From: a virus
Strand: one strand, 5' to 3'
IMG/VR virus record: IMGVR_UViG_3300045988_134552
Location: 1-31,948 of that record
DNA: 31,948 nt
The stretch's first letter is position 1, and each line of letters opens with the position of its first letter. Position numbers and translations under genes: made by a program. Below are positions 6,561 to 14,107 of this stretch, piece by piece. The notes beneath the pieces are model-generated. The model ran no database searches and had not been told where the DNA came from. It saw nothing but the letters and a program-made list of their open reading frames with translations.

Positions 6561-6618
6561 CGAAATTGTTTGTTTTCGCTTGACATAGCTATTTTAAATG
6601 TCTATCCTCTGGAACCAG

Positions 6619-6648
6619 TTGCTAAGGAGATTAGCAGCTAGCTAATAT
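6619..6648 (+). promoter_or_regulatory. Candidate rightward promoter P1 (TTGCTA-18-TAATAT).
   Basis: Sigma-70-like hexamers read directly. Upstream of the tandem operator repeat and the cro-like gene. Confidence 0.35.
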
Positions 6649-6770
6649 TTCTCGGGTAAACCCGTGAAATATACGGGTGTTCTCATTGACAAGCAATTAG
6701 AACACCCGTATATTTCTCGGGTAAACCCGTGAAATATACGGGTGTTCTCATTGACAAGCAATGAGAACAC
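6645..6770 (+). repeat. Tandem 65-bp direct repeat (~1.9 copies). Each unit holds a 12-bp-arm palindrome centred on a TTGACA hexamer; putative operators O1 (6677-6705) and O2 (6742-6770).
   Basis: Units 6645-6709 and 6710-6770 are identical except one base. GTGTTCTCATTG-acaag-CAATGAGAACAC is perfect in O2 and has one mismatch in O1. Confidence 0.75.
6686..6714 (+). promoter_or_regulatory. Candidate rightward promoter P2 (consensus TTGACA-17-TATATT). Its -35 lies inside operator O1 and its -10 is formed by the start of repeat copy 2.
   Basis: Exact TTGACA at 6686-6691, 17-nt spacer, TATATT at 6709-6714. Directed toward the cro-like gene at 6799. Confidence 0.55.
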
Positions 6771-6798
6771 ATACCACTCATTGAAGGAGGTGAAACAT

Positions 6799-7023
6799 AT
6801 GAACTTCGATAAGGAGACTTTTGCGGCGAACCTACGCGCCGCACGCGCAAAGCTCGACATAACCCAAGACGAGTTCGCGCGTCGTGCCGGTATCTCCAAG
6901 GATGCCGTTGCGAAGTATGAGAGCGGCGAGGGCTACATTCCCGGTGCCGACAAGATCATGTCTATCTGCCGAGTGGCGCATATCAGCCCCAACGACCTTA
7001 TGGGATGGAAGGAGGTTGCCTAA
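6799..7023 (+). CDS. Cro/cI-type XRE helix-turn-helix regulator (74 aa).
   Basis: GAAGGAGGTG RBS 8 nt upstream. ...ITQDEFARRAGISKDAVAKYESGE... is the canonical HTH_XRE pattern. Divergent from the HTH-recombinase gene. Confidence 0.8.
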   Translation: MNFDKETFAANLRAARAKLDITQDEFARRAGISKDAVAKYESGEGYIPGADKIMSICRVAHISPNDLMGWKEVA

Positions 7024-7103
7024 TGGATGAAGTTATCGACGTCTTGACCCTCTGGTTGTTCTTGGTATCGGCTGTTGCCGTAGGCAGGATGATCAGCAAG
7101 TAA
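7023..7103 (+). CDS. Possible 26-aa hydrophobic peptide (MDEVIDVLTLWLFLVSAVAVGRMISK).
   Basis: ATG overlaps the cro stop (TAATGG). Single predicted TM; not in the ORF track because shorter than 60 aa. Confidence 0.25.
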   Translation: MDEVIDVLTLWLFLVSAVAVGRMISK

Positions 7104-7120
7104 GAAAGGAGGGGTTTCAA

Positions 7121-7510
7121 ATGTATGGAACCCAACAGCAAACCAACGGTTTGCGTCGTGGTTTTGACGAGGGGAAGTCACCGCAGGCTCGATGTTGCGC
7201 AGGTGGCATTTTGCCGGCGCGTCAAGGCTTTGATGCAAGCTTGCGAAATGAAAGCGCCCGCACCTGGCGGCAACCGGGTACGGGCTGTGTCAAAACTATC
7301 CCCAGTGATGACAACGAGAATTCTACACCATTAGCAACGGTTAAGCGGTGGTTTTGCGTCGCTATTGCCGTGCTAGCGGCAACGGGAATCCTGCCAATCG
7401 CCCTGGCTGGTGCCATTATCTGGCTTACCGAAGCATACAACCTGCCTTGGCTACCGTTCGTCCTTGCTGGGCTTGAGCTTTGGGCAATCGTCCGATTGGT
7501 CGACCAATGA
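7121..7510 (+). CDS. Hypothetical protein with C-terminal TM helices.
   Basis: AAGGAGGGG RBS 6 nt before ATG 7121. The hydrophobic C-terminal half is convincing, the N-terminal half less so. Confidence 0.4.
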   Translation: MYGTQQQTNGLRRGFDEGKSPQARCCAGGILPARQGFDASLRNESARTWRQPGTGCVKTIPSDDNENSTPLATVKRWFCVAIAVLAATGILPIALAGAIIWLTEAYNLPWLPFVLAGLELWAIVRLVDQ

Positions 7511-7713
7511 GGGGCTATCTCGACCGTGATGCAAACGGCTTCTGGGTCGCACGGGTGATCATCGATGAAGCCCGCAGACCGGGCGTTAGCGGAGCCGGAG
7601 ACGTTCGCGCGCGCCACGTGCTGCCCGTGCCGCCGTCGGCACCGCGAGAGGTCGCAGAGGTGGCGTTCAGGCGCTTTATGAGCCGCGAGGCAAGGAAGCG
7701 CCATGGATGTTGA
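7507..7713 (+). CDS. Hypothetical protein.
   Basis: ATGA start/stop overlap with the upstream gene. Start chosen by translational coupling. Confidence 0.35.
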   Translation: MRGYLDRDANGFWVARVIIDEARRPGVSGAGDVRARHVLPVPPSAPREVAEVAFRRFMSREARKRHGC

Positions 7714-8104
7714 CGATTACACCCAGCCGCTCGAATCCGTGATGCGGCAGGAGCGGTTGGCGGTGTATCCGGTACCGCTCAAGCTCAAAGACCGCCAAGA
7801 GCTGTTCGAGACGTGGTGCAAGCTCAATCCGAGGGCGCTGCGGCAGATCGAGCTCACGGCGCTCGCAATCGACCAGCGAGGTATCCGCGTGAGCACCAAG
7901 TACCTCATTGAGAAGCAGCGTTACGAGGGCATCGTAAAGCTCGTGGGCGTGCCGTTCGTGGACGGTAACGGCGTTGAGCACGTCTACGGCATTAACAATA
8001 CGGATACGCCGCTACTAGCTCGTTGGCTTCTCAAAAAACATCCGCAGCTGAATATCAAGATTCGCAATTCAATCTATGACAAGGAGAACAATCATGAAGC
8101 GTAA
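7703..8104 (+). CDS. Hypothetical early protein (133 aa).
   Basis: Overlapping start; clean ORF; no recognised motifs. Confidence 0.5.
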   Translation: MDVDDYTQPLESVMRQERLAVYPVPLKLKDRQELFETWCKLNPRALRQIELTALAIDQRGIRVSTKYLIEKQRYEGIVKLVGVPFVDGNGVEHVYGINNTDTPLLARWLLKKHPQLNIKIRNSIYDKENNHEA

Positions 8105-8363
8105 GGACGCAATCAAGTTCCTCGATTCCGTTGCCGAGTACATCAGCAATACCGACGGCACCATTACGGTATTCAACTCCAAGAGCGGCGAGAGCATCGA
8201 CCTTGATACCGATCTGGCTCTCTGCTTCATGGGGACACCTATCGTTGCCATGAAGGACGTGCTTGAGAGCGACAGGTTCGACGATATGACACCTGGCATG
8301 TTCGTCCATCTGATGACCAAATCGGCGTGCAACGCATATGTGCATCAGCTCCAAGAGCGCTGA
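8094..8363 (+). CDS. Hypothetical protein (89 aa).
   Basis: AAGGAG RBS 7 nt upstream of ATG 8094. Confidence 0.5.
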   Translation: MKRKDAIKFLDSVAEYISNTDGTITVFNSKSGESIDLDTDLALCFMGTPIVAMKDVLESDRFDDMTPGMFVHLMTKSACNAYVHQLQER

Positions 8364-8598
8364 GCAGCTGGCGCTTGACCTGTTTGGAGATCAGCCGATG
8401 CCGATGCCCGGGCGATGCCAGTTCGAGCTTCATCTACTCGAGCACGGACAGAAGCAAAAGAGCGCGTGCGGCTTTCGCGGAGCGACCGTCTGGACTAACT
8501 GCCGCGAGGTCGGCAAGTGCCTTTGGGACGGCTGGCATCAGCAGGGGACAAGCGATGGTCTGACGATGGGAGGTGAGGACGATGACAGCGATTCCTAA
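8338..8598 (+). CDS. Hypothetical protein; uncertain.
   Basis: ORF overlaps both neighbours. Contains ...SAEQLALDLF...; an alternative Arg/Ser-rich frame (8327-8563) looks less protein-like. Confidence 0.3.
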   Translation: MCISSKSAEQLALDLFGDQPMPMPGRCQFELHLLEHGQKQKSACGFRGATVWTNCREVGKCLWDGWHQQGTSDGLTMGGEDDDSDS

Positions 8599-9028
8599 AG
8601 ACGTGCACGAGCAGGCGCAAGAGCCTATGGCGTGGTTCCAGCACGACGGCAACGCGCAGCAGGACATCAAATGCCAACGGCTGCTCATGCGTCGCGGTAA
8701 CGAGGGCTACGGAGCCTACTGGCGGCTGTGCGAGCTTCTGGCGAGCACCAAGCACCACTCAATCGCCGTGGACACCGATGAAGACTGGCTCATTCTCGCC
8801 GGCGCGATCGGTATGCGCTCGATGGGTGCCTTTGACGAGACGGTGAGCATCGCCGAGACGCGCGATTTCATCGACTGCCTGCTCGAGATCGGCTTGCTCG
8901 TTAGGGACGGAAAAGGTCACATCGAGAGCGAGAGGATGTGCAAAAACGCCCTTTATTTTGGCAAGCAGCGCGTCAACGGAGCAAAGGGCGGCAGGCCGAA
9001 GAAGAAGCAGGAAAACCCGCAAGACTAG
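8582..9028 (+). CDS. DUF4373 (Lin1244/Lin1753-like) replisome-organizer N-terminal domain protein.
   Basis: WFQHDGNAQQDIKCQRLLMRRGNEGYGAYWRLCELL fits the YFPHDSNARND.K...L....G.EGYG.YW.LLE pattern of phage replisome organizers. Basic GGRPKKK C-terminal tail. GGAGGTGA RBS. Confidence 0.6.
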   Translation: MTAIPKDVHEQAQEPMAWFQHDGNAQQDIKCQRLLMRRGNEGYGAYWRLCELLASTKHHSIAVDTDEDWLILAGAIGMRSMGAFDETVSIAETRDFIDCLLEIGLLVRDGKGHIESERMCKNALYFGKQRVNGAKGGRPKKKQENPQD

Positions 9029-9039
9029 CAGGTCAGAGC

Positions 9040-9355
9040 ATATGTTTGTGTTGTTGCGGATTGTAACCAGCGCGAAACCATCGGTTTTAGGCTGGGCTAA
9101 GCCTAACAATACATAACATAACAATACAGAAGCGGGTTTTTGGGTTTGGGTCTTTAGACCCTAACCCAAAGCCAAAAACCCGCACTTGCTTGTTATGTTG
9201 ACTTACAAGCAAGGTTCTTCTTTCTTGCTTCTTCTTTCTTGAGCGATTCGTTTTTCGAGCGATTCCAGAGCCTGTTTTTGAGCTTTCAACAGTAGTTATC
9301 AACAGGTTATCAACAAGTTTTCAACAATAGCAGAGTTTTCAACAAAGGAGCGTTG
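9040..9355. promoter_or_regulatory. Repeat-dense non-coding region; putative origin of replication and/or early control region. Contents: 20-bp palindrome at 9087-9106; long imperfect hairpin at 9132-9183; CTTGCTTG/CAAGCAAG hairpin at 9185-9214; tandem TTCTTCTTTCTTG x2 at 9215-9241; GAGCGATTC x2 at 9241-9265; five TCAACA iterons at 9286, 9299, 9310, 9321 and 9339 (spacings 13, 11, 11, 18 bp).
   Basis: All read directly. Iterons on a helical repeat just downstream of a replisome-organizer gene are typical of phage origins. Confidence 0.45.
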
Positions 9356-9358
9356 GCT

Positions 9359-9523
9359 ATGCCTTACGGGAGCTACGTCAACAAAGTCCGGGAGCGCACG
9401 TGCCCTTATTGCGGCGTGAAGCACCCTTTGGACTGGTTCATCAAGGACAGCGAAGCCTGCTGGAAGTGCAGGGAGACGAGGAAGAACGAGAAGGAGGTGA
9501 AGAGAGATGACAGCATCGGTTGA
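9359..9523 (+). CDS. Small zinc-ribbon protein (CPYCG ... CWKC), 54 aa.
   Basis: AAGGAG RBS 8 nt upstream of ATG 9359. Two CxxC pairs. Confidence 0.4.
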   Translation: MPYGSYVNKVRERTCPYCGVKHPLDWFIKDSEACWKCRETRKNEKEVKRDDSIG

Positions 9524-10148
9524 TCTCGAAGACCACGTTTATGTCAAGCGTAGCCTTACGCAAGACGATCTCGTTTTTCTCAAAGAGCTACAGCATGAGC
9601 TGAACAATCAGCCGACATTGGCAACGGCTGACCCACGATTTTGGGTCATTCGAGACTACGAATACCGCGAAACAACGGATGGTGATGACATCGAAGCCGT
9701 TGAGCTTTTTGAAGACGGCGAAGGCGAAATCATTAGCTTAGAGGAAGCGGTGACGCGAGCCTACAAGGACGAGCTTGATTTTGGCGGCGAAGAGCACGCC
9801 AAAAAATGGCTTGAAGACAACTGGCTTGAGCTTGGCACGGACGGTTGCCTGCGGGCGCGTTACACGAATCTTGGCATCAGCATTTCTAAGGGTGTAATCA
9901 AGGATTACGCCGAGAACAACGCGCTGGGTTGCGTGTTCCTTACGAAGCTGTTGGCAATTGTCCCGGACACCATGTTTCTCACGCTTCGCGAAGCGGAAGA
10001 GCACCTTAAGGCCAATTCCCACCACTACTCGACAGAGGCGCATGTGTACTGCATGCACGCTTGGCGTTCACCAGAGGTCACGCAGCTGATAAAGCTACTC
10101 CATACGGTCAGTTTTGACGAGTTGTCGAAGCTGGTTTCGAAGGAGTGA
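9507..10148 (+). CDS. Hypothetical acidic protein (213 aa).
   Basis: GGAGGTGA RBS 6 nt upstream of ATG 9507; clean ORF. Confidence 0.55.
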   Translation: MTASVDLEDHVYVKRSLTQDDLVFLKELQHELNNQPTLATADPRFWVIRDYEYRETTDGDDIEAVELFEDGEGEIISLEEAVTRAYKDELDFGGEEHAKKWLEDNWLELGTDGCLRARYTNLGISISKGVIKDYAENNALGCVFLTKLLAIVPDTMFLTLREAEEHLKANSHHYSTEAHVYCMHAWRSPEVTQLIKLLHTVSFDELSKLVSKE

Positions 10149-10477
10149 TGGCAATGAGCTCTTACGTTAAGTGCGTCGGTGATCTGACTGAGCCTGTTGA
10201 GCTCAGCGCTTCGCAGATTGCCGAGAAGATGACCTCAACGGTCGATTCTGAGTTCGACCCTGTGACCAGGCCGGCACATTACGCGGGGCATACCGGCATT
10301 GAGTGCAAGCAGGCAATGGAATCGATGCTCGGTACCGATGAATACGTGTCCTATATGCAGGGATGCGCATTCAAGTATCTGTGGCGCTGGAAGTCCAAGA
10401 ACGGCATCGAAGACCTCAAGAAGGCGCATGAGTGCATCGAGAACATGCTTGAAGCACTGGAAGGCGGCGCGGCATGA
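10148..10477 (+). CDS. DUF3310-family phage protein.
   Basis: PAHYAGHTGIECKQAMESML...GCAFKYLWRWKSKNGIEDLKKAHECIENMLEAL matches the P.HY..GIE...AK.Y..R...K....EDL.KA..Y pattern. Confidence 0.6.
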   Translation: MAMSSYVKCVGDLTEPVELSASQIAEKMTSTVDSEFDPVTRPAHYAGHTGIECKQAMESMLGTDEYVSYMQGCAFKYLWRWKSKNGIEDLKKAHECIENMLEALEGGAA

Positions 10478-10761
10478 GCGGCGGTGACTTCTACGCCGCT
10501 CCCAAGATCGTCACTGTCCGCAAGGCGCATGTGTGCGCGTACTGCGGCGAGACGATTCCAGCGGGAACCCATGGCGTGCTCATGGAAAGCGGCCTTTGGA
10601 TGCGTCTGTTCTGGAAGCGCTACGCATGTCCGCGCTGCCATCCGTATGTCAGCGAGTTCTGGGGCTGGCAAGGATGTGAGAGCGAATCCATCGAATTGGA
10701 CTTCGACGAGTTCATGCGGGAGTATCACCGCGATGTGTGGGTGACCGACGATGACGATTAG
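10474..10761 (+). CDS. Cys-rich (CAYCG ... CPRCH) hypothetical protein.
   Basis: Overlapping start; two CxxC motifs. Confidence 0.45.
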   Translation: MSGGDFYAAPKIVTVRKAHVCAYCGETIPAGTHGVLMESGLWMRLFWKRYACPRCHPYVSEFWGWQGCESESIELDFDEFMREYHRDVWVTDDDD

Positions 10762-10954
10762 GAGCGACCGCAAGACCCTCGAGAACCTGTGCGCCGTATC
10801 GCAGGACATGAGCCGGCGCATTACAACGTGCGAGAAGCGCGGACACGATGGTGCGCGGGTCGATTACGACGATCTTATCTGCTGGTGCGATTGCGTCACC
10901 GACGCAATCGAAGTGATTCACCGAAATTTGGAGGAAAGCAATGAAAGAGTTTAA
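10751..10954 (+). CDS. Hypothetical small protein.
   Basis: ATG 10751 overlaps the upstream 3' end. Confidence 0.35.
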   Translation: MTIRSDRKTLENLCAVSQDMSRRITTCEKRGHDGARVDYDDLICWCDCVTDAIEVIHRNLEESNERV

Positions 10955-11189
10955 GACCGAGGAAGAGTATGAAGAGGCATCGTCGATGCTGGTTGGGTGC
11001 GCCCTGCTGATCGTCCCGTTCGCGATGTTGGTTGCCAGTATCGCCATTGGCTTCATCTTCGGAGCTGGATATGGGTTCCTGGCCTTCTCCTGCTTCCTGC
11101 TGATCGTGTGCATCTACTTCATTTACGCGGCAAAGCTCAGCATGCGCAAGGCGAAGAATGCGGCTGAAAAGGAGAGGGACGATGATTAA
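10941..11189 (+). CDS. Small membrane protein (two TM helices).
   Basis: GGAGGAAAG RBS; hydrophobic core flanked by charged termini. Confidence 0.5.
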   Translation: MKEFKTEEEYEEASSMLVGCALLIVPFAMLVASIAIGFIFGAGYGFLAFSCFLLIVCIYFIYAAKLSMRKAKNAAEKERDDD

Positions 11190-11385
11190 GGTCTCCGGTT
11201 GCTGCGACGGATGCGGCAAGGAAGCCGACTGCACCAACATTAACGAATTCGCAAGGGTGCACGCCTATGACAAGGGCAAGCTGGTCGAGTTCGACATTTG
11301 CAAGAACTGCGTTCACGAGATTTGCGACATGTCGGGTAGCGTTATCGACGTCGTACGTGAATTGAAGCGCCGCCATGGACGTTGA
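11182..11385 (+). CDS. Cys-rich small protein (CCDGCG...C...CKNC).
   Basis: GGAGAGGGA RBS before ATG 11182. Confidence 0.4.
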   Translation: MIKVSGCCDGCGKEADCTNINEFARVHAYDKGKLVEFDICKNCVHEICDMSGSVIDVVRELKRRHGR

Positions 11386-12559
11386 GGTCAAGCGCGACCC
11401 AAAGGGCGTGTGGTACGCGCAGCCGTACCTTGGCAAGGCACCGGACGGGCGGCAGATACGGCCACGTCGTAGCTTCCCGGATGCCAGGACGCGCGATGAA
11501 GCGCAGGCTTTGGCCGATGCCTGGGCTTCGCACCTGACCCTTGACGGCAAGGTCAAGAGCACGCTCATAGTCGACCTGCTTTGGGAGTACATCGAGCAGA
11601 GGATGGTGAAGGGCGTGAGCCTTAACACCGTGAAGAGGTGGTCGCTCTTCACCCGAACCTACGTTGGAAAGTATCTCAAGGGCAAAGTCGCTCGAGACCT
11701 TACCGCTATCGAGCTGAACGACTTCGAGACGCGCCTTGGCGTGAGCAAGAAGGGCGGCGGGCAGGGTCTTTCGCGCAACACGATTATCAGCGTTCACCAC
11801 TTTTTGCGCGGCGCATACAACTTCTGGGTGCGCATCGGCATCTGCGAGAACAACCCAATGCTCATGGTCACAAAGCCGCCGGAGGAACGCCATGAGGCCG
11901 TGAGCATCGACGAATGGGATTACAGGGAGCTCGATGCCACGGTCTGCGAAAAGCTCGACCTTGAGATGCCCGAGAAGCGCTTCATGCGCCAATCGGCCTA
12001 CGCTTTCGCCGCCTGGCTCGCCCTGCATACGGGGATGCGCGTCGGCGAGGTGTGCGCCGTAAGGCGGCGCGACCTCCACCGCGCACAGGGCTTCATCCTC
12101 GTGAGCGGAACGGTCATTGAGATTCCGGGCGGCGGCGTGGCCCGTTCCAACGTGACCAAGAACAAGAAGACGCGGCCCGTGGCGCTAATCGACGAAGAGT
12201 GGGAGCGGATAAGAGCCTATCTCGCGCAACAGGATTCGATTTCAGACGCTTTCACGCCCGATTCGCCACTGGTGAGCGTAGACGGCTCATACATGCGCCC
12301 CACGACCGTCTCAAAGGCTTTCAGCCGTGCTCGCGACCGGGCGGGCATGCCGAAGGCGTACACGTTCCACTCATTGCGCCATACGCACGCCACGTGGTGC
12401 CTTGCCAACGGCGTTGACCTCAAGACGCTCGCAGATCGCTTAGGGCACTCGAACGAAGCGACAACGCTGAAACTCTACGCGCACCTTCTGCCGGGGCGCG
12501 ACCAGGCTGCGGCGCAGGCGTTCAACAGTTTCGCCAAGAAGCTCGGGGACGGAGTGTAA
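11375..12559 (+). CDS. int: Tyrosine recombinase / phage integrase (394 aa) with an N-terminal arm-binding-type domain; appears intact.
   Basis: C-terminal HSLRHTHATWCLANGVDLKTLADRLGHSN...TLKLYAHLL contains the R...HxxR...Y catalytic signature region. N-terminal KGVWYAQPYLGK..GRQIRPRRSF.DARTRDEAQ resembles integrase N-terminal (arm-type) domains. Confidence 0.8.
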   Translation: MDVEVKRDPKGVWYAQPYLGKAPDGRQIRPRRSFPDARTRDEAQALADAWASHLTLDGKVKSTLIVDLLWEYIEQRMVKGVSLNTVKRWSLFTRTYVGKYLKGKVARDLTAIELNDFETRLGVSKKGGGQGLSRNTIISVHHFLRGAYNFWVRIGICENNPMLMVTKPPEERHEAVSIDEWDYRELDATVCEKLDLEMPEKRFMRQSAYAFAAWLALHTGMRVGEVCAVRRRDLHRAQGFILVSGTVIEIPGGGVARSNVTKNKKTRPVALIDEEWERIRAYLAQQDSISDAFTPDSPLVSVDGSYMRPTTVSKAFSRARDRAGMPKAYTFHSLRHTHATWCLANGVDLKTLADRLGHSNEATTLKLYAHLLPGRDQAAAQAFNSFAKKLGDGV

Positions 12560-12687
12560 ACGGTGTGTAAATGGCAAGACCTCAGCCATTTGCAGCACGT
12601 CACGAAAATGGGAGGTCAGATAGCGAAACCGATGGTTTTGGAACGGTTAGCCGCCGTATTCCAAGTAAGAATCAGGAGATACCGAGA

Positions 12688-13014
12688 ATGGTACCGAAAT
12701 TGACTGCCGAACAAAGGCGTGCAGCCCTCGATAAGGGGATGCAGATCAGGCTCAAGAGAGCTGAGTACAAGGCCAAGCTCAAGAACGGCTTGATGTCCGT
12801 TGAGCAGTTCTTTGAGTTGGCGGACAGCGGCGAGCAGGCCGCGTCGGGCATGCGTGTCGAATCGCTGATTAGGTCGATGCCCGGTTACGCGGTGCCGCGA
12901 ACCGAACAGCTCATGAAGCGTCTGCGCATCAGTGCGAGCCGCCGAGTGAAGGGATTGGGGTACGTCCAGCGAGAGGGGCTTATCAAGGCTCTTGGGGGTG
13001 GATGCCGTGAGTAG
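12688..13014 (+). CDS. mihF: Actinobacterial-type integration host factor (mIHF/sIHF) homologue.
   Basis: LTAEQRRAALDKG...RAEYKAKLKNG...MRVESLIRSMPGYAVPRTEQLMKRLRISASRRVKGLGYVQREGLIKAL aligns along its length with mycobacterial mIHF, recalled from memory. CAGGAGA RBS 8 nt upstream. Confidence 0.65.
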   Translation: MVPKLTAEQRRAALDKGMQIRLKRAEYKAKLKNGLMSVEQFFELADSGEQAASGMRVESLIRSMPGYAVPRTEQLMKRLRISASRRVKGLGYVQREGLIKALGGGCRE

Positions 13015-13243
13015 GTCGAGTGAGCAGGCACGCCGCCGAATCAAGAGACTGAGTGTGCTTGTAGCGGTGCTTATAGCGTTGTTGGGCTGCATCATCGTCT
13101 TTCTTTGCTTTTGCCTTATGGAGCTGTTCATGAGCATCATTACCGGTTGCATGTTCTCATGGCTCTTCCCGTCACTCGCAACCGTGATGGTGATCCTGAC
13201 CTATATCGCATTGGCAATCGTGAGGGGTGGAAATTGTGAGTGA
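13010..13243 (+). CDS. Possible small membrane protein.
   Basis: Strongly hydrophobic ORF; GTG start overlaps the mIHF stop. Alternative start ATG 13118. Confidence 0.3.
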   Translation, partial: SRSSEQARRRIKRLSVLVAVLIALLGCIIVFLCFCLMELFMSIITGCMFSWLFPSLATVMVILTYIALAIVRGGNCE

Positions 13244-13649
13244 CAGTCTTAACAGCGTCACCTTGAGTGGCAACCTTGGACAAGACGCAGAGGTTAGGTA
13301 CACCAACAGCGGCCTTGTGGTGACGAGCTTTTCGCTGGCCGTGAACAAGAGCCGTAAGCAACAGGACGGTAGCTATAAGGACGTGACCAGTTGGGTCGAC
13401 TGCGTGATGTACGGCAAGCGTGGCGAAGCGATGTTTAACAACGGCCTTCTGATGAAAGGCGCACGCCTAGCCATCCTTGGGCACCTGCACCAGAACGTGT
13501 GGGAGAAGGACGGCAAACGCTACCGCAAGCTCGAGGTCATCGTCGATAACGTGGCGATTATGACCTTGCAGCGACAGTCGCAGCAGCAGGCGGCAGCGCC
13601 GCAAGCCGCGACCTGTCCTGATTTGTACGATGAAGACATTCCCTTTTAG
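13236..13649 (+). CDS. ssb: Single-stranded DNA-binding protein.
   Basis: OB-fold pattern VTLSGNLGQDAEVRYTNSGLVVTSFSLAVN...W....YGKRGE and the acidic C-terminal tail DEDIPF. Confidence 0.8.
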   Translation: MSDSLNSVTLSGNLGQDAEVRYTNSGLVVTSFSLAVNKSRKQQDGSYKDVTSWVDCVMYGKRGEAMFNNGLLMKGARLAILGHLHQNVWEKDGKRYRKLEVIVDNVAIMTLQRQSQQQAAAPQAATCPDLYDEDIPF

Positions 13650-13657
13650 GAGCTGAC

Positions 13658-14095
13658 ATGTACGGACGAAAGATGAACGTTTGCCTGGCAGACGGAACGG
13701 CAATGCCGACCTACGCGCACGACGGCGATGCTGGCTTCGACCTGTGCATCACCGAAGATGTAAGGCTTGAACCTAATGCAAGCGCGGTCTGCGGACTTGG
13801 CTTTGCCTGCGAGATTCCGAGCGGCTGTGTCGGTCTGGTCTTCCCGCGCTCCGGCCTTGGCGCTCACTACGGCGTGACGCTGCGCAACAGCGTCAGTGTT
13901 ATCGACAGCGGATACCGTGGCGAGGTACACGCACCGCTGGTCAACCTCAGCTGCGATACCGTGTATCTTCCCAAGGGTACGCGCGTGTGCCAGATGGTCG
14001 TTATGCCGTTCGTGCCGTGTGATCTTGTCGGGGTTGATAGCCTGACCGACACCGAGCGCGGTGCAGACGGTTTCGGCTCTACGGGCATCGACTAG
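13658..14095 (+). CDS. dut: dUTP diphosphatase (dUTPase).
   Basis: AGFDL..., PRSGLG, VIDSGYRGEV and RGADGFGSTG motifs; AGGAG RBS. Confidence 0.85.
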   Translation: MYGRKMNVCLADGTAMPTYAHDGDAGFDLCITEDVRLEPNASAVCGLGFACEIPSGCVGLVFPRSGLGAHYGVTLRNSVSVIDSGYRGEVHAPLVNLSCDTVYLPKGTRVCQMVVMPFVPCDLVGVDSLTDTERGADGFGSTGID

Positions 14096-14107
14096 AGCTG
14101 ATGCCTT

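Noticed and set aside
6645-6770. CRISPR-like repeat
   Set aside because: Only two directly abutting 65-bp copies, with no spacers and no cas genes. The units contain promoter hexamers and palindromes, so this is an operator array.
9028-9130. Possible tRNA in the early intergenic regions (also 12560-12690 and 4830-4950)
   Set aside because: No cloverleaf could be folded. No GTTC-N-A-N-C T-loop followed by an acceptor arm and CCA was found.
9087-9302. 71-aa minus-strand ORF in the iteron/hairpin region
   Set aside because: Composed of repeat sequence (poly-Lys/Arg from AAGAAG repeats). The region is better explained as non-coding origin/regulatory DNA.
12560-12687. tRNA 3'-end fragment marking attP beside the tyrosine integrase
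   Set aside because: No tRNA-like T-arm/acceptor sequence is present. Only a short 8-9-8 inverted repeat, so attP assignment stays speculative and is reported only as a possibility.
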